Shown here piece by piece: positions 28,789-38,731 of a stretch of 64,000 bases of DNA. A model generated the notes under the pieces. It searched no databases. It saw only the letters and a program-made list of their open reading frames with translations, and was not told the origin of the DNA. Location of the stretch: the IMG/VR virus record IMGVR_UViG_3300010883_028422, positions 71,426 to 135,425 of that record; one strand, 5' to 3'. This stretch comes from a virus. The stretch's first letter is position 1, and the number at the start of each line of letters is the position of its first letter. The translations under genes were made by a program, and so were the position numbers.

Positions 28789-30258
28789 ATGATAACAATT
28801 ATATTAGGAAATGTTAATTGTAGAATTGTTGGTAATATAGAAGAACACATTAGACTAGAGCTCGACGGCCAGATGAGTTATCGTATGGCTGGCTATGAGT
28901 TTATGATGTATAAAAGCAATAATTTTGGTGGTTGGGACGGAAGGTTTAGGCTTTTCCAAAAAAATAAAACTTTTCCAATTGGGCTTCTATCTTTAGCAAA
29001 ATCTATTTTAGATAAGAATTCTATTGATTATGTAGTGCAAGACAATAGAGATAGTGTTTTGTATGGCAGCCCGTTAGATATGCAGTCAGATGATTTTATC
29101 CCAAGGGATTATCAGCTAGATATTTTAGAGAAAGCACTTGAATTTGGCAGCGGAATAGTCAGGTCTGCTACGGGGTCTGGCAAGACTGCTGTGATAGCAA
29201 TGTTGTGTGCGAAGTATAATGTATCAACAATTGTTTATGTTATTGGCATAGAACTACTTTATCAAATGAAAGATACAATAGAGGAGCTATACGGAATAGA
29301 GTGCGGCCTTGTTGGCGGTGGGCATTGTGACCCATCAAAGAAGGTAACTATAATGACAGTTTGGAGCGCAATGTCAGCGTTCGATAAGAAGTGCAAGGTT
29401 ATAGATAACGATTCAACTCAAGATTCTGCTAGAAAGAACAAAAAATTAAATAAAAGGTTAATTGTTGAAAAGGTTAGGGGCGCAGAGCTGATTGTGATTG
29501 ACGAGTGCCAGTACGCGGCATCAGAAACTGTGCAGTTTTTGCACAAAGAGAGCAGGTCTGCGAGGCATAGATTTTTGTTTTCTGGAACGCCGTGGCGGGA
29601 CTCTGGTGATGACATTCTTATTGAGTCAGTTGGTGGGCCAAAATTTTATGATTTAAATGCAACAAAGCTTATAGACAGCGGATATTTAGTCCCTCCGGAG
29701 ATACATTTTATAAACGTTCCGTCGCTAAGAGGCGTTGGTTCCAAATATCATGATGTATATAAAAATTATATTGTTGAAAATAAAGAACGAAATGATTTGA
29801 TATGTAATGCTGCGAAAAAATTGGTTAAATCTGGCAAAAAAGTTCTTATTTTGGTAGTAAGGGTTGGTCATGGAAATATTCTCGCTGAAGAGCTTGGTGA
29901 TGAGTTTAGAGTCGAGTTTTTAGACGGTAAAAGGAGCGGGGCTGATCGTATGAGCGCTATAGACTCTATGAAGAGTGGAGAGCTTGATATACTTGTTGCG
30001 TCAAAGATATTTGATCAGGGTGTTGACATACCAGAGTTAGATGCTCTAATTCTGGCTGGCTCTGGGAAGTCTAGCGGACGAGCGCTTCAGCGGATTGGTA
30101 GGGTCATAAGAACTAACCCCGGAAAGAGCAGGGCTATAGTGGTTGAGTTTTTTGATAATTGCAAGTACCTAAGAGAGCATTCTCTAAAAAGAATAGACAT
30201 ATATAAGAGTGAACCTGGATTTTTAATAAAGCTTCCAGACAATATAAAAATTAAATAA
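28789..30258 (+). CDS. Superfamily 2 helicase (UvsW/DExD-like)
   Basis: ATGSGKT, VIDECQ, FSGTP, FDQGVDIP, QRIGRVIR. Confidence 0.92.
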   Translation: MITIILGNVNCRIVGNIEEHIRLELDGQMSYRMAGYEFMMYKSNNFGGWDGRFRLFQKNKTFPIGLLSLAKSILDKNSIDYVVQDNRDSVLYGSPLDMQSDDFIPRDYQLDILEKALEFGSGIVRSATGSGKTAVIAMLCAKYNVSTIVYVIGIELLYQMKDTIEELYGIECGLVGGGHCDPSKKVTIMTVWSAMSAFDKKCKVIDNDSTQDSARKNKKLNKRLIVEKVRGAELIVIDECQYAASETVQFLHKESRSARHRFLFSGTPWRDSGDDILIESVGGPKFYDLNATKLIDSGYLVPPEIHFINVPSLRGVGSKYHDVYKNYIVENKERNDLICNAAKKLVKSGKKVLILVVRVGHGNILAEELGDEFRVEFLDGKRSGADRMSAIDSMKSGELDILVASKIFDQGVDIPELDALILAGSGKSSGRALQRIGRVIRTNPGKSRAIVVEFFDNCKYLREHSLKRIDIYKSEPGFLIKLPDNIKIK

Positions 30259-30259
30259 A

Positions 30260-30328
30260 ATTTTATATAAAATAATTTTATAAGTTTATAGTTGGCGAAT
30301 TAATGCAGCAGTACAATATAGTATATTG
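30260..30328. promoter_or_regulatory. AT-rich intergenic region with two palindromes upstream of the replication operon
   Basis: Perfect 14-bp palindrome ATTTTATATAAAAT (30260-30273) and a 7-1-7 inverted repeat CAATATA-G-TATATTG (30314-30328), followed by GGAGG. Confidence 0.45.
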
Positions 30329-30349
30329 CTTTGGAGGCGTTTATAACTA

Positions 30350-30946
30350 ATGACTCAAGAAGAATTTTATAAGAATATATCTATCTGGATATCTAAGCCA
30401 AAATCTGACTGGAATCACATAACTCTTATGGCGTATTTTTGCCATAAGTATGAGGGCAGGAATGGTGTAAGGTTTAGGCTCGTAAGGTGGAAGAACTCTC
30501 CGGGGTTGGGAAAGGAGAGCCGTGATTTCTCAAAACTTATAAAATTATTTTTGCCAGAAGATTATGATGATTTGGATGGCGAAGAAAAGAATGCCTTAAG
30601 AAAAGATGCTATAGTAAAAGTGTTTAATTATATAAATTGGATGTTTGATTATAAGTTTAGAAGTGGTAATAAATCTGTAACTGGAACTGGAATATTTATA
30701 TTGCCATCAATGATAAATGAGTTTGAAAGGATGTATTCTGAGTTTACAAGTAAAAACTTAGTTGCAGATAAAATAACTAATTTGATAGCATGGTGTAATA
30801 AAAATTGTTCTGGTATTTTTGAATTACATCAGTTAGAAGATATTAATGATTTAAAGATGATTTCTAGCTATTTAGAAAGAAACAATGGCGAACTACCCAT
30901 AGAGTCTATGGTTATTGATTATGCTAAAAAAGTGAGTTTAATATGA
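30350..30946 (+). CDS. Hypothetical protein in the replication operon
   Basis: 198-aa ORF with GGAGG RBS; no recognised motif. Confidence 0.75.
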   Translation: MTQEEFYKNISIWISKPKSDWNHITLMAYFCHKYEGRNGVRFRLVRWKNSPGLGKESRDFSKLIKLFLPEDYDDLDGEEKNALRKDAIVKVFNYINWMFDYKFRSGNKSVTGTGIFILPSMINEFERMYSEFTSKNLVADKITNLIAWCNKNCSGIFELHQLEDINDLKMISSYLERNNGELPIESMVIDYAKKVSLI

Positions 30947-31329
30947 ATAATAAAGAATCCTTAGTTGGACAGACAGTGGCTCTATATTTAAATGGTGGAT
31001 GGTCAATATCTGGCGAGGTGATAAGGGCAGATGCAGACAAAATTTTAATTGAAAATAATAGTCTTATTTATATGGCTTATAGAGACAAGATATCCGCAGT
31101 ATGCTTAAATTATAAAGATAACTATAAAGATAGTCATAAGCGGCCCAGTGCAGAGTTCGCCAGCAAGCATGGCCCGGGTGAAGACCCTAAGTATTATGCC
31201 GGTGAGGATGGCGGACTGTCATTACCCGCAGGTTTGCTAACAGAAGAGGCACAGGGTGACATTGAAAAAAATGATTTTTCAATGTTCTTCTCAAGACCAG
31301 AGCTTAAAAGTGATGATTCCAAAAAATAA
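30943..31329 (+). CDS. Hfq/Sm-like RNA-binding protein with acidic disordered C-terminus
   Basis: VALYLNGGWSISGEVIRADADKILIENNSLIYMAYRDKISAV aligns by eye with Hfq [41 protein letters not shown] (about 14 identities). Confidence 0.65.
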   Translation: MNNKESLVGQTVALYLNGGWSISGEVIRADADKILIENNSLIYMAYRDKISAVCLNYKDNYKDSHKRPSAEFASKHGPGEDPKYYAGEDGGLSLPAGLLTEEAQGDIEKNDFSMFFSRPELKSDDSKK

Positions 31330-31996
31330 AATAATTAGATACAAAAAGCTTCTTATTCAAAATTGCGATAGCTGCAATGGTGAATCATGCGGAAAGTGCA
31401 CGGCTAGCGTTGCGCGAGCAGATATGTATGCGGAATGCGGTATCCCGCCGACATACTGGCCCCTTGCGTTTAAGGATTTTTCTGGTGATAAAAAGTTTAA
31501 AGAATTAATATCGAATATTATTAGAGATATTGACTCACTGTATGACTCCGGGGGATCCCTGATCTTTACCGGTGGGCTTGGGACGGGGAAGACGTATGCT
31601 GCATGTTCCATATTAAAAATTTCTTCGATATCGGGCTATTATTCAAAATATACAACTATGGCTACAATAATAAGCTCAATGTTGTCTGCGAATATGGACA
31701 GCCTTCAGTACACAAATACTTTAATTGGATGCGACTTCCTAGTCATAGATGAGTTCGACTCCAGATGGATATTCCCGTCCGAAAAGGCAGAGCAAATGTT
31801 CGGATCATCATTGGAGCATATTCTTAGAATGAGATTTCAAAATGGCACGCCAACAATATTATGCTCAAATACGGCAGATGTTGACTCAATATTGTGTGGT
31901 GACTTCGGAAAGGCATTCAAGTCGCTGAGGAGTAAGCATATGGAAGTTATCTGTGTTGGCGGCAAAGATTACAGAAGGTCTAATAAAAATGGATGA
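31313..31996 (+). CDS. DnaC/IstB-like AAA+ helicase loader with N-terminal Zn-binding cysteines
   Basis: CDSC..C.KC, Walker A GGLGTGKT, Walker B LVIDE, TILCSN; sits directly upstream of the DnaB-like gene. Confidence 0.85.
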   Translation: MIPKNKIIRYKKLLIQNCDSCNGESCGKCTASVARADMYAECGIPPTYWPLAFKDFSGDKKFKELISNIIRDIDSLYDSGGSLIFTGGLGTGKTYAACSILKISSISGYYSKYTTMATIISSMLSANMDSLQYTNTLIGCDFLVIDEFDSRWIFPSEKAEQMFGSSLEHILRMRFQNGTPTILCSNTADVDSILCGDFGKAFKSLRSKHMEVICVGGKDYRRSNKNG

Positions 31997-33344
31997 GAAG
32001 GTATTAAACAGGTTGATGCAAGGATCTGTAGAGGTAAATGATATATACAGAGAAATTGAGTCTAGCATGCTGTATAATGCGCTTATGCCGCAATATAAGA
32101 TTATATTTTCAAATATAAAAGATTATTATTCAAGGCATAAAGTGCCACCGTCTTATGATGTTTTAAAAAATATATCTTCAGATAATAATTTATCTTTATT
32201 AATTGACAGCATAGAGTGCGAGGATTGTTCTGAAAATGATATAGGGTACTATATAGATTCAATAAAAAGTCGTTATAATAAATATTTATTAAATGAAATA
32301 CCAACTATGCTGTCATCTGATGATTATGTTTTAGATGATGTTAATAGTAGGTTGAAAAATATTGTATCTATAACAAACCAGCTTGATCGGGGCGGGGTGT
32401 TTTCCGAAGGAGAGTTGTCAAGATCCGTTGTTGATAGATTTGACAACTATAGAAACGTTGAGGAGAACCCGGGCGATGTAATGGGCATATTATCCGGCTA
32501 TAATGATCTGGATGAGTGTACGTGGGGCATAAAGAATTCTGAGATGATGGTTATTGCCGGAGGAAGCTCAAGTGGAAAGAGTCTTTTGATGCTGAATATG
32601 GCTGTAAATGCATGGCTTGGTAGTAATGATCCGACATCTGGTTCTGTCACGAGTGATGATGGTAAAAACATAGTATTCTTCTCTCTAGAGATGAGCAAGC
32701 TTCAGTTAGAGCAGCGTGTTGACGCAAATTTAGCAAACATAAGGCATAGGGCTATAATTAGAGGCAGCCTTAATGACGATGAGAAGTCTAGGTGGAAAAA
32801 ATCACTTGATTTTCAAAGAAAGTATGGAAAATCTTTCTATATAGTTGATATGCCAAGAGGAACAACTATGTCCGAGATATCAGCAAGATATGAATCAATA
32901 ACGGGGATGTTCAATCCAGACGCTGTATTTGTTGATTATTTGCAATTAATGTCACCGAATATAAAGCAGACTGGTAGTGATTGGCAGGACGTTGGTAAGG
33001 TTTCTGAAGAGTTGCATGAATTTTGCAGGCGTAACAATATCCCGGTAATTACAGCGGCGCAAAGAAAGGCCCGGCAGAAACAGAAGGGAACTAAGGAGTT
33101 TAAAGACCATATAGACCTTGAAGATATAGGCAGAAGCAAGATGATCGGTGATAACTCCAATATAGTATTATTGATCGAATATCGCGAAGATGAGTATCTT
33201 CGGGAGGATATGCCGATACATATAGTAAAAAATAGAGATGGTGCAAAGGGGAAGGTTTCTTTGAAGAAAGAATTTGAGTGCTCAAAGATAGTTAATCTGC
33301 CAGATGGTTGGGCCGAGAGTGTTGGCGATGAAAACGAAATTTGA
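31989..33344 (+). CDS. dnaB: Replicative DNA helicase, DnaB-like
   Basis: AGGSSSGKS, FFSLEM, FVDYLQL, LEDIGRS..I..NSNIVL, IVKNRDG. Confidence 0.92.
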   Translation: MDEKVLNRLMQGSVEVNDIYREIESSMLYNALMPQYKIIFSNIKDYYSRHKVPPSYDVLKNISSDNNLSLLIDSIECEDCSENDIGYYIDSIKSRYNKYLLNEIPTMLSSDDYVLDDVNSRLKNIVSITNQLDRGGVFSEGELSRSVVDRFDNYRNVEENPGDVMGILSGYNDLDECTWGIKNSEMMVIAGGSSSGKSLLMLNMAVNAWLGSNDPTSGSVTSDDGKNIVFFSLEMSKLQLEQRVDANLANIRHRAIIRGSLNDDEKSRWKKSLDFQRKYGKSFYIVDMPRGTTMSEISARYESITGMFNPDAVFVDYLQLMSPNIKQTGSDWQDVGKVSEELHEFCRRNNIPVITAAQRKARQKQKGTKEFKDHIDLEDIGRSKMIGDNSNIVLLIEYREDEYLREDMPIHIVKNRDGAKGKVSLKKEFECSKIVNLPDGWAESVGDENEI

Positions 33345-33645
33345 TATATCAAAAAACCAACTTGTTGAGTTAGATGTATATTTTAATGGAATTATCAAAA
33401 GTGCAAAATATTTAACAATATCTATAAAGAGTGGCGAAGGTGGCTACATAAAGCTTTTGCCGCTAAAAGAGTATTTTAAAAAAAACACAAAATGTGATTT
33501 TATAATTCCATGCATAGATATGCCATTCAGCATGATTATTGATTGTAAAAAATTAGATAATTTAAATTTATTATATCTTATAGATAGTGGAAATCCACAT
33601 ATATTGGGTGCAATACAGGGAATGCTTGGAGGTAAATATGAATAA
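33304..33645 (+). CDS. Hypothetical protein
   Basis: ORF fills the gap in the plus-strand operon; the start may be at MKTKF. Confidence 0.6.
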   Translation: MVGPRVLAMKTKFDISKNQLVELDVYFNGIIKSAKYLTISIKSGEGGYIKLLPLKEYFKKNTKCDFIIPCIDMPFSMIIDCKKLDNLNLLYLIDSGNPHILGAIQGMLGGKYE

Positions 33646-33832
33646 GAAACAAGTTGGGAGAATAAAAAACATAGGTTATAATTCTGATAGTGGAGAATTA
33701 GAGGTAACGATAAAGATTACTGACAGTAAATTTAAAAAAAAATTGTTAAGAGATCTAGACCTTGCTGGTAGTATAAAGTTTGAAGGTAATAAGCTAATAT
33801 ATTTGGATAATATGAAGGAAGGGGACGTGTAA
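33638..33832 (+). CDS. Hypothetical protein
   Basis: GGAGG RBS before ATG 33638; stop overlaps the next start (TAATG). Confidence 0.65.
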   Translation: MNKKQVGRIKNIGYNSDSGELEVTIKITDSKFKKKLLRDLDLAGSIKFEGNKLIYLDNMKEGDV

Positions 33833-34104
33833 TGCCTAACTATATTTACAAATGCATTGAATGTAGATTGCAGAAAAATTTTCTTATGAGTATTTCACAA
33901 TATAAGTCAACAAATAATGAGATAGTGTGTGACGAATGTGGAGCGAATGGTATGACTAGAGTTTTTGGCGCTAATAATGGGATAGTGGAGCTAGGCCCGG
34001 ATGAAAAATTAAGCCAAATAAGAGAGGATGCGAGAAAGATCGCTAAAAAAATAATTAATGGAGACGGAACTTTAATCCGCGATGTTTACGGAGATAAAGT
34101 ATAA
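33832..34104 (+). CDS. FmdB-family zinc-ribbon protein
   Basis: MPNYIYKCIEC...CDECG pattern. Confidence 0.8.
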   Translation: MPNYIYKCIECRLQKNFLMSISQYKSTNNEIVCDECGANGMTRVFGANNGIVELGPDEKLSQIREDARKIAKKIINGDGTLIRDVYGDKV

Positions 34105-34135
34105 TGATTATAATTAACTTCAAAGAAGGTTTGAT

Positions 34136-36061
34136 ATGCCAAAGATAAGTAAAGACAAAAAGCTTTATAATATGCTTGAATCCCACATAAGTAAAGAGTC
34201 TGACGTGTGCTGGGAGGGGACTCTTAAGGACTATATTAGATTGATAATTGAGAATCCAAGTGTGCATACAAGTGCGCACAAAAGAGTTCTTTCGATGATT
34301 GAAAGCCATGGCCTGGAAAGGGATGACTCTGGTGATGTTATTAGTTATAATTTCTTTTCAGGTGATCTGTTTGGCGTTTCAGACTCCATAAGCCAAATTA
34401 TGGAGTACCTGCGTGCAGCTGCCGCAGGGAGTGAGGTCGGCAGAAGGATTCTTCTATTATATGGACCAACATCTTCTGGAAAATCTCAACTTGCAATTCT
34501 TTTGAAAAAGGGGCTCGAGGCCTACTCCAAAACTGATAACGGAGCCGTATATGCCCTCGCTGATTCGCCAATGCATGAGGACCCGCTGGTTGCAATACCG
34601 CAGGAGTTGCGGCAATCGCTTCGTGATGATTATGGCATAAACGTCAGTGGGGAGCTGACGCCGCTAATGAATCTTCTTTTGAAAGAAAAGTATAACGGAG
34701 ATTTTTTAAAATTGCCGGTAAAAAGAATTGTTATTTCAGAAAGATCAAGAGTCGGGATTGGAACGTTTGTTCCATCAGATAAGAAGAGTCAGGACGTATC
34801 AGAATTAGTCGGCTCTATTGATTTAAGCACAATTGGTAAATATGGCGCAGAATCAGACCCAAGAGCATATAGGTTCGATGGAGAGCTAAATATTGCAAAT
34901 AGAGGAATTATGGAGTTTGTTGAGATGCTAAAAGTTGATCAAAAATTTCTATATGTTCTTTTAACACTTGCGCAAGAAAAGAATATCAAGACTGCAAGGT
35001 TTCCTCTTATTTATGCAGATGAATTTATATTGGCTCATACGAATGAGACGGAATATAATAGGTTTTTGGCAAAAAATGAGATGGAGGCATTGCATGATAG
35101 AATTATAGTTGTAAAAGTTCCATACAATCTATCTGTTGATGAGGAGGTTAGGATTTATGATAAATTAATAAATCAATCAGACTTATCCGGCATTCATATC
35201 GCGCCGTATACCCTGTATTGCGCAGCCATGTTTAGCGTGCTGTCTAGACTAATGGACTCCAGCAACCAAAGCCTTACTTTGATGAATAAGATGAGGCTCT
35301 ATAATGGCGAAGAGATAGAGGGATTTACACTCTCAGATGTTCCTGACCTAAAGGACGAGTTTTCTGGCGAAGGAATGTCCGGGATATCTCCAAGGTATGT
35401 TATAAATAGACTCTCTGCTGTTTTAGCAGAAGATGGAGCAACTGCAATAACGCCAATAGATATTATAAGATCAATAAGAAAGGGCTTTAAGTCTAATCCG
35501 AAGCTTGATGAAAAGGCGATTGAGGGGTTGGATAATATATTAACAAAAGTTATTGAGGAGTATAGCAAGCTTGCAAGGAATGAGGTTCAAAAGGCATTTT
35601 TTGTTAATTTTAATGATGAAATACAATCTCTTTTGTCAAACTATATGGATCATGTTGGTGCATATTTAGATGGAACCAAAGTCGAGGATGAGTGGGGAGA
35701 TACGCATGATCCAAACGAAAGACTCATGCGGTCTATTGAAGAAAAGATATCAATTACAGAGTCTGGTAAGAAATCCTTTAGACAAGAAATATACAGAAAG
35801 ATGCTCAGAAGCATTAGCAGCAATGATGATGGAATGTATAACTATAAGGATCATTCAAGACTAAGAGAGGCTCTTGAGAAGCAATTGTTTGAAGAAAGGC
35901 AGGATATCATAAGACTTACTGTATCGACAAGAAATCCCGATGATGGTGCTTTAAAGAGAATCAATGTTGTTATAGAAACTTTGTGTGAAAAACATGGTTA
36001 TACCGAAGAGAGTGCGAACAAGTTATTAAGATATGTGAGCTCTTTGATGGCGAGGAATTAG
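34136..36061 (+). CDS. prkA: PrkA/YeaG-family AAA+ protein (annotated serine kinase / ATP-dependent protease)
   Basis: Walker A YGPTSSGKS, SPMHEDPL, DPRAYRFDGELNIANRGIMEFVEMLK, ILAHTNE.E, GMSGISPRYV. Confidence 0.95.
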   Translation: MPKISKDKKLYNMLESHISKESDVCWEGTLKDYIRLIIENPSVHTSAHKRVLSMIESHGLERDDSGDVISYNFFSGDLFGVSDSISQIMEYLRAAAAGSEVGRRILLLYGPTSSGKSQLAILLKKGLEAYSKTDNGAVYALADSPMHEDPLVAIPQELRQSLRDDYGINVSGELTPLMNLLLKEKYNGDFLKLPVKRIVISERSRVGIGTFVPSDKKSQDVSELVGSIDLSTIGKYGAESDPRAYRFDGELNIANRGIMEFVEMLKVDQKFLYVLLTLAQEKNIKTARFPLIYADEFILAHTNETEYNRFLAKNEMEALHDRIIVVKVPYNLSVDEEVRIYDKLINQSDLSGIHIAPYTLYCAAMFSVLSRLMDSSNQSLTLMNKMRLYNGEEIEGFTLSDVPDLKDEFSGEGMSGISPRYVINRLSAVLAEDGATAITPIDIIRSIRKGFKSNPKLDEKAIEGLDNILTKVIEEYSKLARNEVQKAFFVNFNDEIQSLLSNYMDHVGAYLDGTKVEDEWGDTHDPNERLMRSIEEKISITESGKKSFRQEIYRKMLRSISSNDDGMYNYKDHSRLREALEKQLFEERQDIIRLTVSTRNPDDGALKRINVVIETLCEKHGYTEESANKLLRYVSSLMARN

Positions 36062-36068
36062 TGTTACA

Positions 36069-37253
36069 ATGCCAAAGAATAGATTAACAGATAATCTATC
36101 AGATATATGGAAGTTGAAAAAACGAGGCAAGCGCGATTCTGATAGACATAAAGAGTTGGTTAAGGATGCTATAAAAAAGCAGGGAAGGGACCTTATAACG
36201 GAATATAACATTATAAGGTCTGATGGAAATAAAAAAGTAAAAGTTCCCATCAGATTTCTTGATCAATATAAGATTAAAAATGGAAGAAACCCTGAAAAGG
36301 GTGTCGGACAAGGTATTGATGCAAAGCCTGGAGACAGGTATAGGCTCAGGAATCCAAATAAAGTGCCAGGGTCTGGTGGGGCCGGAGATGAAGAGAGCGA
36401 GGCAACGTTTGAGGCTGAAGTCTCCATTGATGAGCTTGTAGATATACTTCTTGAAGAGCTTAATCTTCCATGGATGGAACCGAAAGATTCTTCCGAGATT
36501 GAGATAGAGAATGATGAATTTTCATCTATAGAAAAGAAGGGTATAATCCCCAACCTGGACATAAAAAAGACGTTAATGGAGAATATAAAGAGAAACGCTG
36601 CCGCTGGCGATGCTCATGTTGGTGATTTTAAAAATGAAGATTTGCGTTATAAAGTTTGGGATATAGAAAAAGAATATCAATCAAATGCCGCTATATATAT
36701 GATGATGGATAGAAGTGGCTCTATGGGTGAGGAAAAGAGGTATATAGCAAAAAGTTTTTATTTTTGGATGGGTCAATTTTTAAAGAGAAGGTATAAGAAT
36801 ATAAAGATATACTTTATAGCGCATGATGTTAAGGCTTATTTTGTAAATGAAAATGAATTTTTTGCAATAAATAGTGGAGGAGGGACGAAATGCAGCAGTG
36901 CGTTTAAAGCTGCTTACGAGCATATATCGGCTAATCATAGTGCGCAATATTGGAATAATTATGTTTTTGAATTTTCTGATGGTGATAATTGGGGTGATGA
37001 CAACAGGCTGTGCGTTGAATATGTTGAAAAATTATTGCCATTGGTAACAGCAATAGGTTACGGTGAAATAGAGGTGGGTGGTGCTGGAAGGGCATGGCTT
37101 GGTGGTGAAAATTTACTATCAACAATTTTGCATAATGAAATAAGCAGAACAAGATTTGTATCCCTAAAATTAGAATCAAAAGATGATGTTTTTGATGCTC
37201 TTAGAACATTTTTTAATGTAGACAGGTTTGGATATAGGGCGGAGAAAAAATGA
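36069..37253 (+). CDS. yeaH: YeaH/YhbH (DUF444) vWA-domain protein
   Basis: D.DRHKELVK..I, GAG.E, MIDAS MMDRSGSM, FIAHD, SGGGT.CSSA, FSDGDNW. Confidence 0.95.
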   Translation: MPKNRLTDNLSDIWKLKKRGKRDSDRHKELVKDAIKKQGRDLITEYNIIRSDGNKKVKVPIRFLDQYKIKNGRNPEKGVGQGIDAKPGDRYRLRNPNKVPGSGGAGDEESEATFEAEVSIDELVDILLEELNLPWMEPKDSSEIEIENDEFSSIEKKGIIPNLDIKKTLMENIKRNAAAGDAHVGDFKNEDLRYKVWDIEKEYQSNAAIYMMMDRSGSMGEEKRYIAKSFYFWMGQFLKRRYKNIKIYFIAHDVKAYFVNENEFFAINSGGGTKCSSAFKAAYEHISANHSAQYWNNYVFEFSDGDNWGDDNRLCVEYVEKLLPLVTAIGYGEIEVGGAGRAWLGGENLLSTILHNEISRTRFVSLKLESKDDVFDALRTFFNVDRFGYRAEKK

Positions 37254-38677
37254 ATATTACATTAGAAGAGGCTATAGAGAAGTTGACAGAAGACGCAGAG
37301 TCTATAGGGCTGGAGTATTTTCCAGTAAATTTTGAAGTAGTTCCTATAGATGTTATGCTTGAAGTTATGAGTTATGGCTTGCCGACGAGGGCTAGGCATT
37401 GGTCGTATGGAAAGTCATATGAATATCAAAAAATAAATGGTGAAATGGGATTCTCAAAAGTATATGAGATTGTATTAAACAACAACCCTTCTTATGCCTT
37501 TTTGCTTGACACAAATCCTCTAATAGCAAATGTTATGGTTGCTGCGCATGTCATAGGTCATGTTCATTTTTTTACAAATAATTTTTTATTCAAAGAAACA
37601 GATAGAAAGATGGTTTATCAGGCTGCGGCCAGAGCTCAGAGGATCGAGGAGTATATTGAAAAGTATGGAATAGAAAAGGTTGAGCATTTTATGAACATTG
37701 CATTTTCTATGGACAAGCATATAGATTGGCACAAGGGAGTGCATAGGCCCATCTATTCTGGACCTAAAAAAATATTTAAGAAGAATGTTAGAAGGGAATT
37801 TGATGATTTATTAGATAAAAACAAATCAGGCGTTAAAGAGGTGACTATAAATGAAGGCTTCCCTCCTCATAAAGAATGGGATCTGCTTTGGTTGTTTATA
37901 AATTATGCGCCACTTGAAGAGTGGCAAAGAGATATTTTTGAGATAATAAGAAAAGAGTCATTTTATTTTTATCCACAGTTTTATACAAAAATTATGAACG
38001 AAGGTTTTGCGAGTTATATTCATGCAGAATTAATGCACAGGTTTGATGATATTAGCCCAGAAGATCACTTGGAGTTTTGTAAAATACACGAAAGAGTCGT
38101 CCAGCCCGGAACTAACAAGCTTAATATAAATCCGTATTTTTTAGGATTTACAATTTTTAATGATATAAAAAAGAGATGGGACAAAAAGCATGAGGACGGA
38201 GAGTCTGAGATAACTGGACTACAAAAAATATATAAAGTTGTAGAAACTGAAGATGATATATCGTTCGTCAAAGGTTATTTGACGCAAGAGCTTGTTGATG
38301 AGTTAAAAATGTTTGCTTATAAAAGAGCTTTTGATAAGTCAAGAAATGAATTTATTGAAATAGAAAGTACTGACGCAGACGACGTTGCAGAAAGTGTTAT
38401 TTCAAAGCTTTATAACTATATGTCTCCAGAAGTATATATAGAGAATGCATCTTCTGACGGCATAGAGCTTGTCCATAGCCCTTCAGAGGGCTCAACCTTG
38501 GACGAGAAGCATCTGGAGAAAGTTATGGGATACATATATGAGCTATGGGGCGGTCTTGTTAATATTTCAACGAAAGATGTTAATGGTGAGGAGGTGAATT
38601 ATACATATGATGAGCTTGGATTCAGTCATATAACGGAAGATGACTTGACCTCTCCGCTATTTACTGGGATGGACTAA
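37250..38677 (+). CDS. spoVR: SpoVR/YcgB-family protein
   Basis: GLP.R..HWSYGK.Y, YEIVLN.NP.YAFL, AHVIGHVHFF, TKIMNEGFASY, NPY.LG. Confidence 0.95.
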   Translation: MNITLEEAIEKLTEDAESIGLEYFPVNFEVVPIDVMLEVMSYGLPTRARHWSYGKSYEYQKINGEMGFSKVYEIVLNNNPSYAFLLDTNPLIANVMVAAHVIGHVHFFTNNFLFKETDRKMVYQAAARAQRIEEYIEKYGIEKVEHFMNIAFSMDKHIDWHKGVHRPIYSGPKKIFKKNVRREFDDLLDKNKSGVKEVTINEGFPPHKEWDLLWLFINYAPLEEWQRDIFEIIRKESFYFYPQFYTKIMNEGFASYIHAELMHRFDDISPEDHLEFCKIHERVVQPGTNKLNINPYFLGFTIFNDIKKRWDKKHEDGESEITGLQKIYKVVETEDDISFVKGYLTQELVDELKMFAYKRAFDKSRNEFIEIESTDADDVAESVISKLYNYMSPEVYIENASSDGIELVHSPSEGSTLDEKHLEKVMGYIYELWGGLVNISTKDVNGEEVNYTYDELGFSHITEDDLTSPLFTGMD

Positions 38678-38731
38678 AAATATAAAAATTAATCCTTTAG
38701 GATTGGCCAGCCATAGTATAATCGACTGTAT

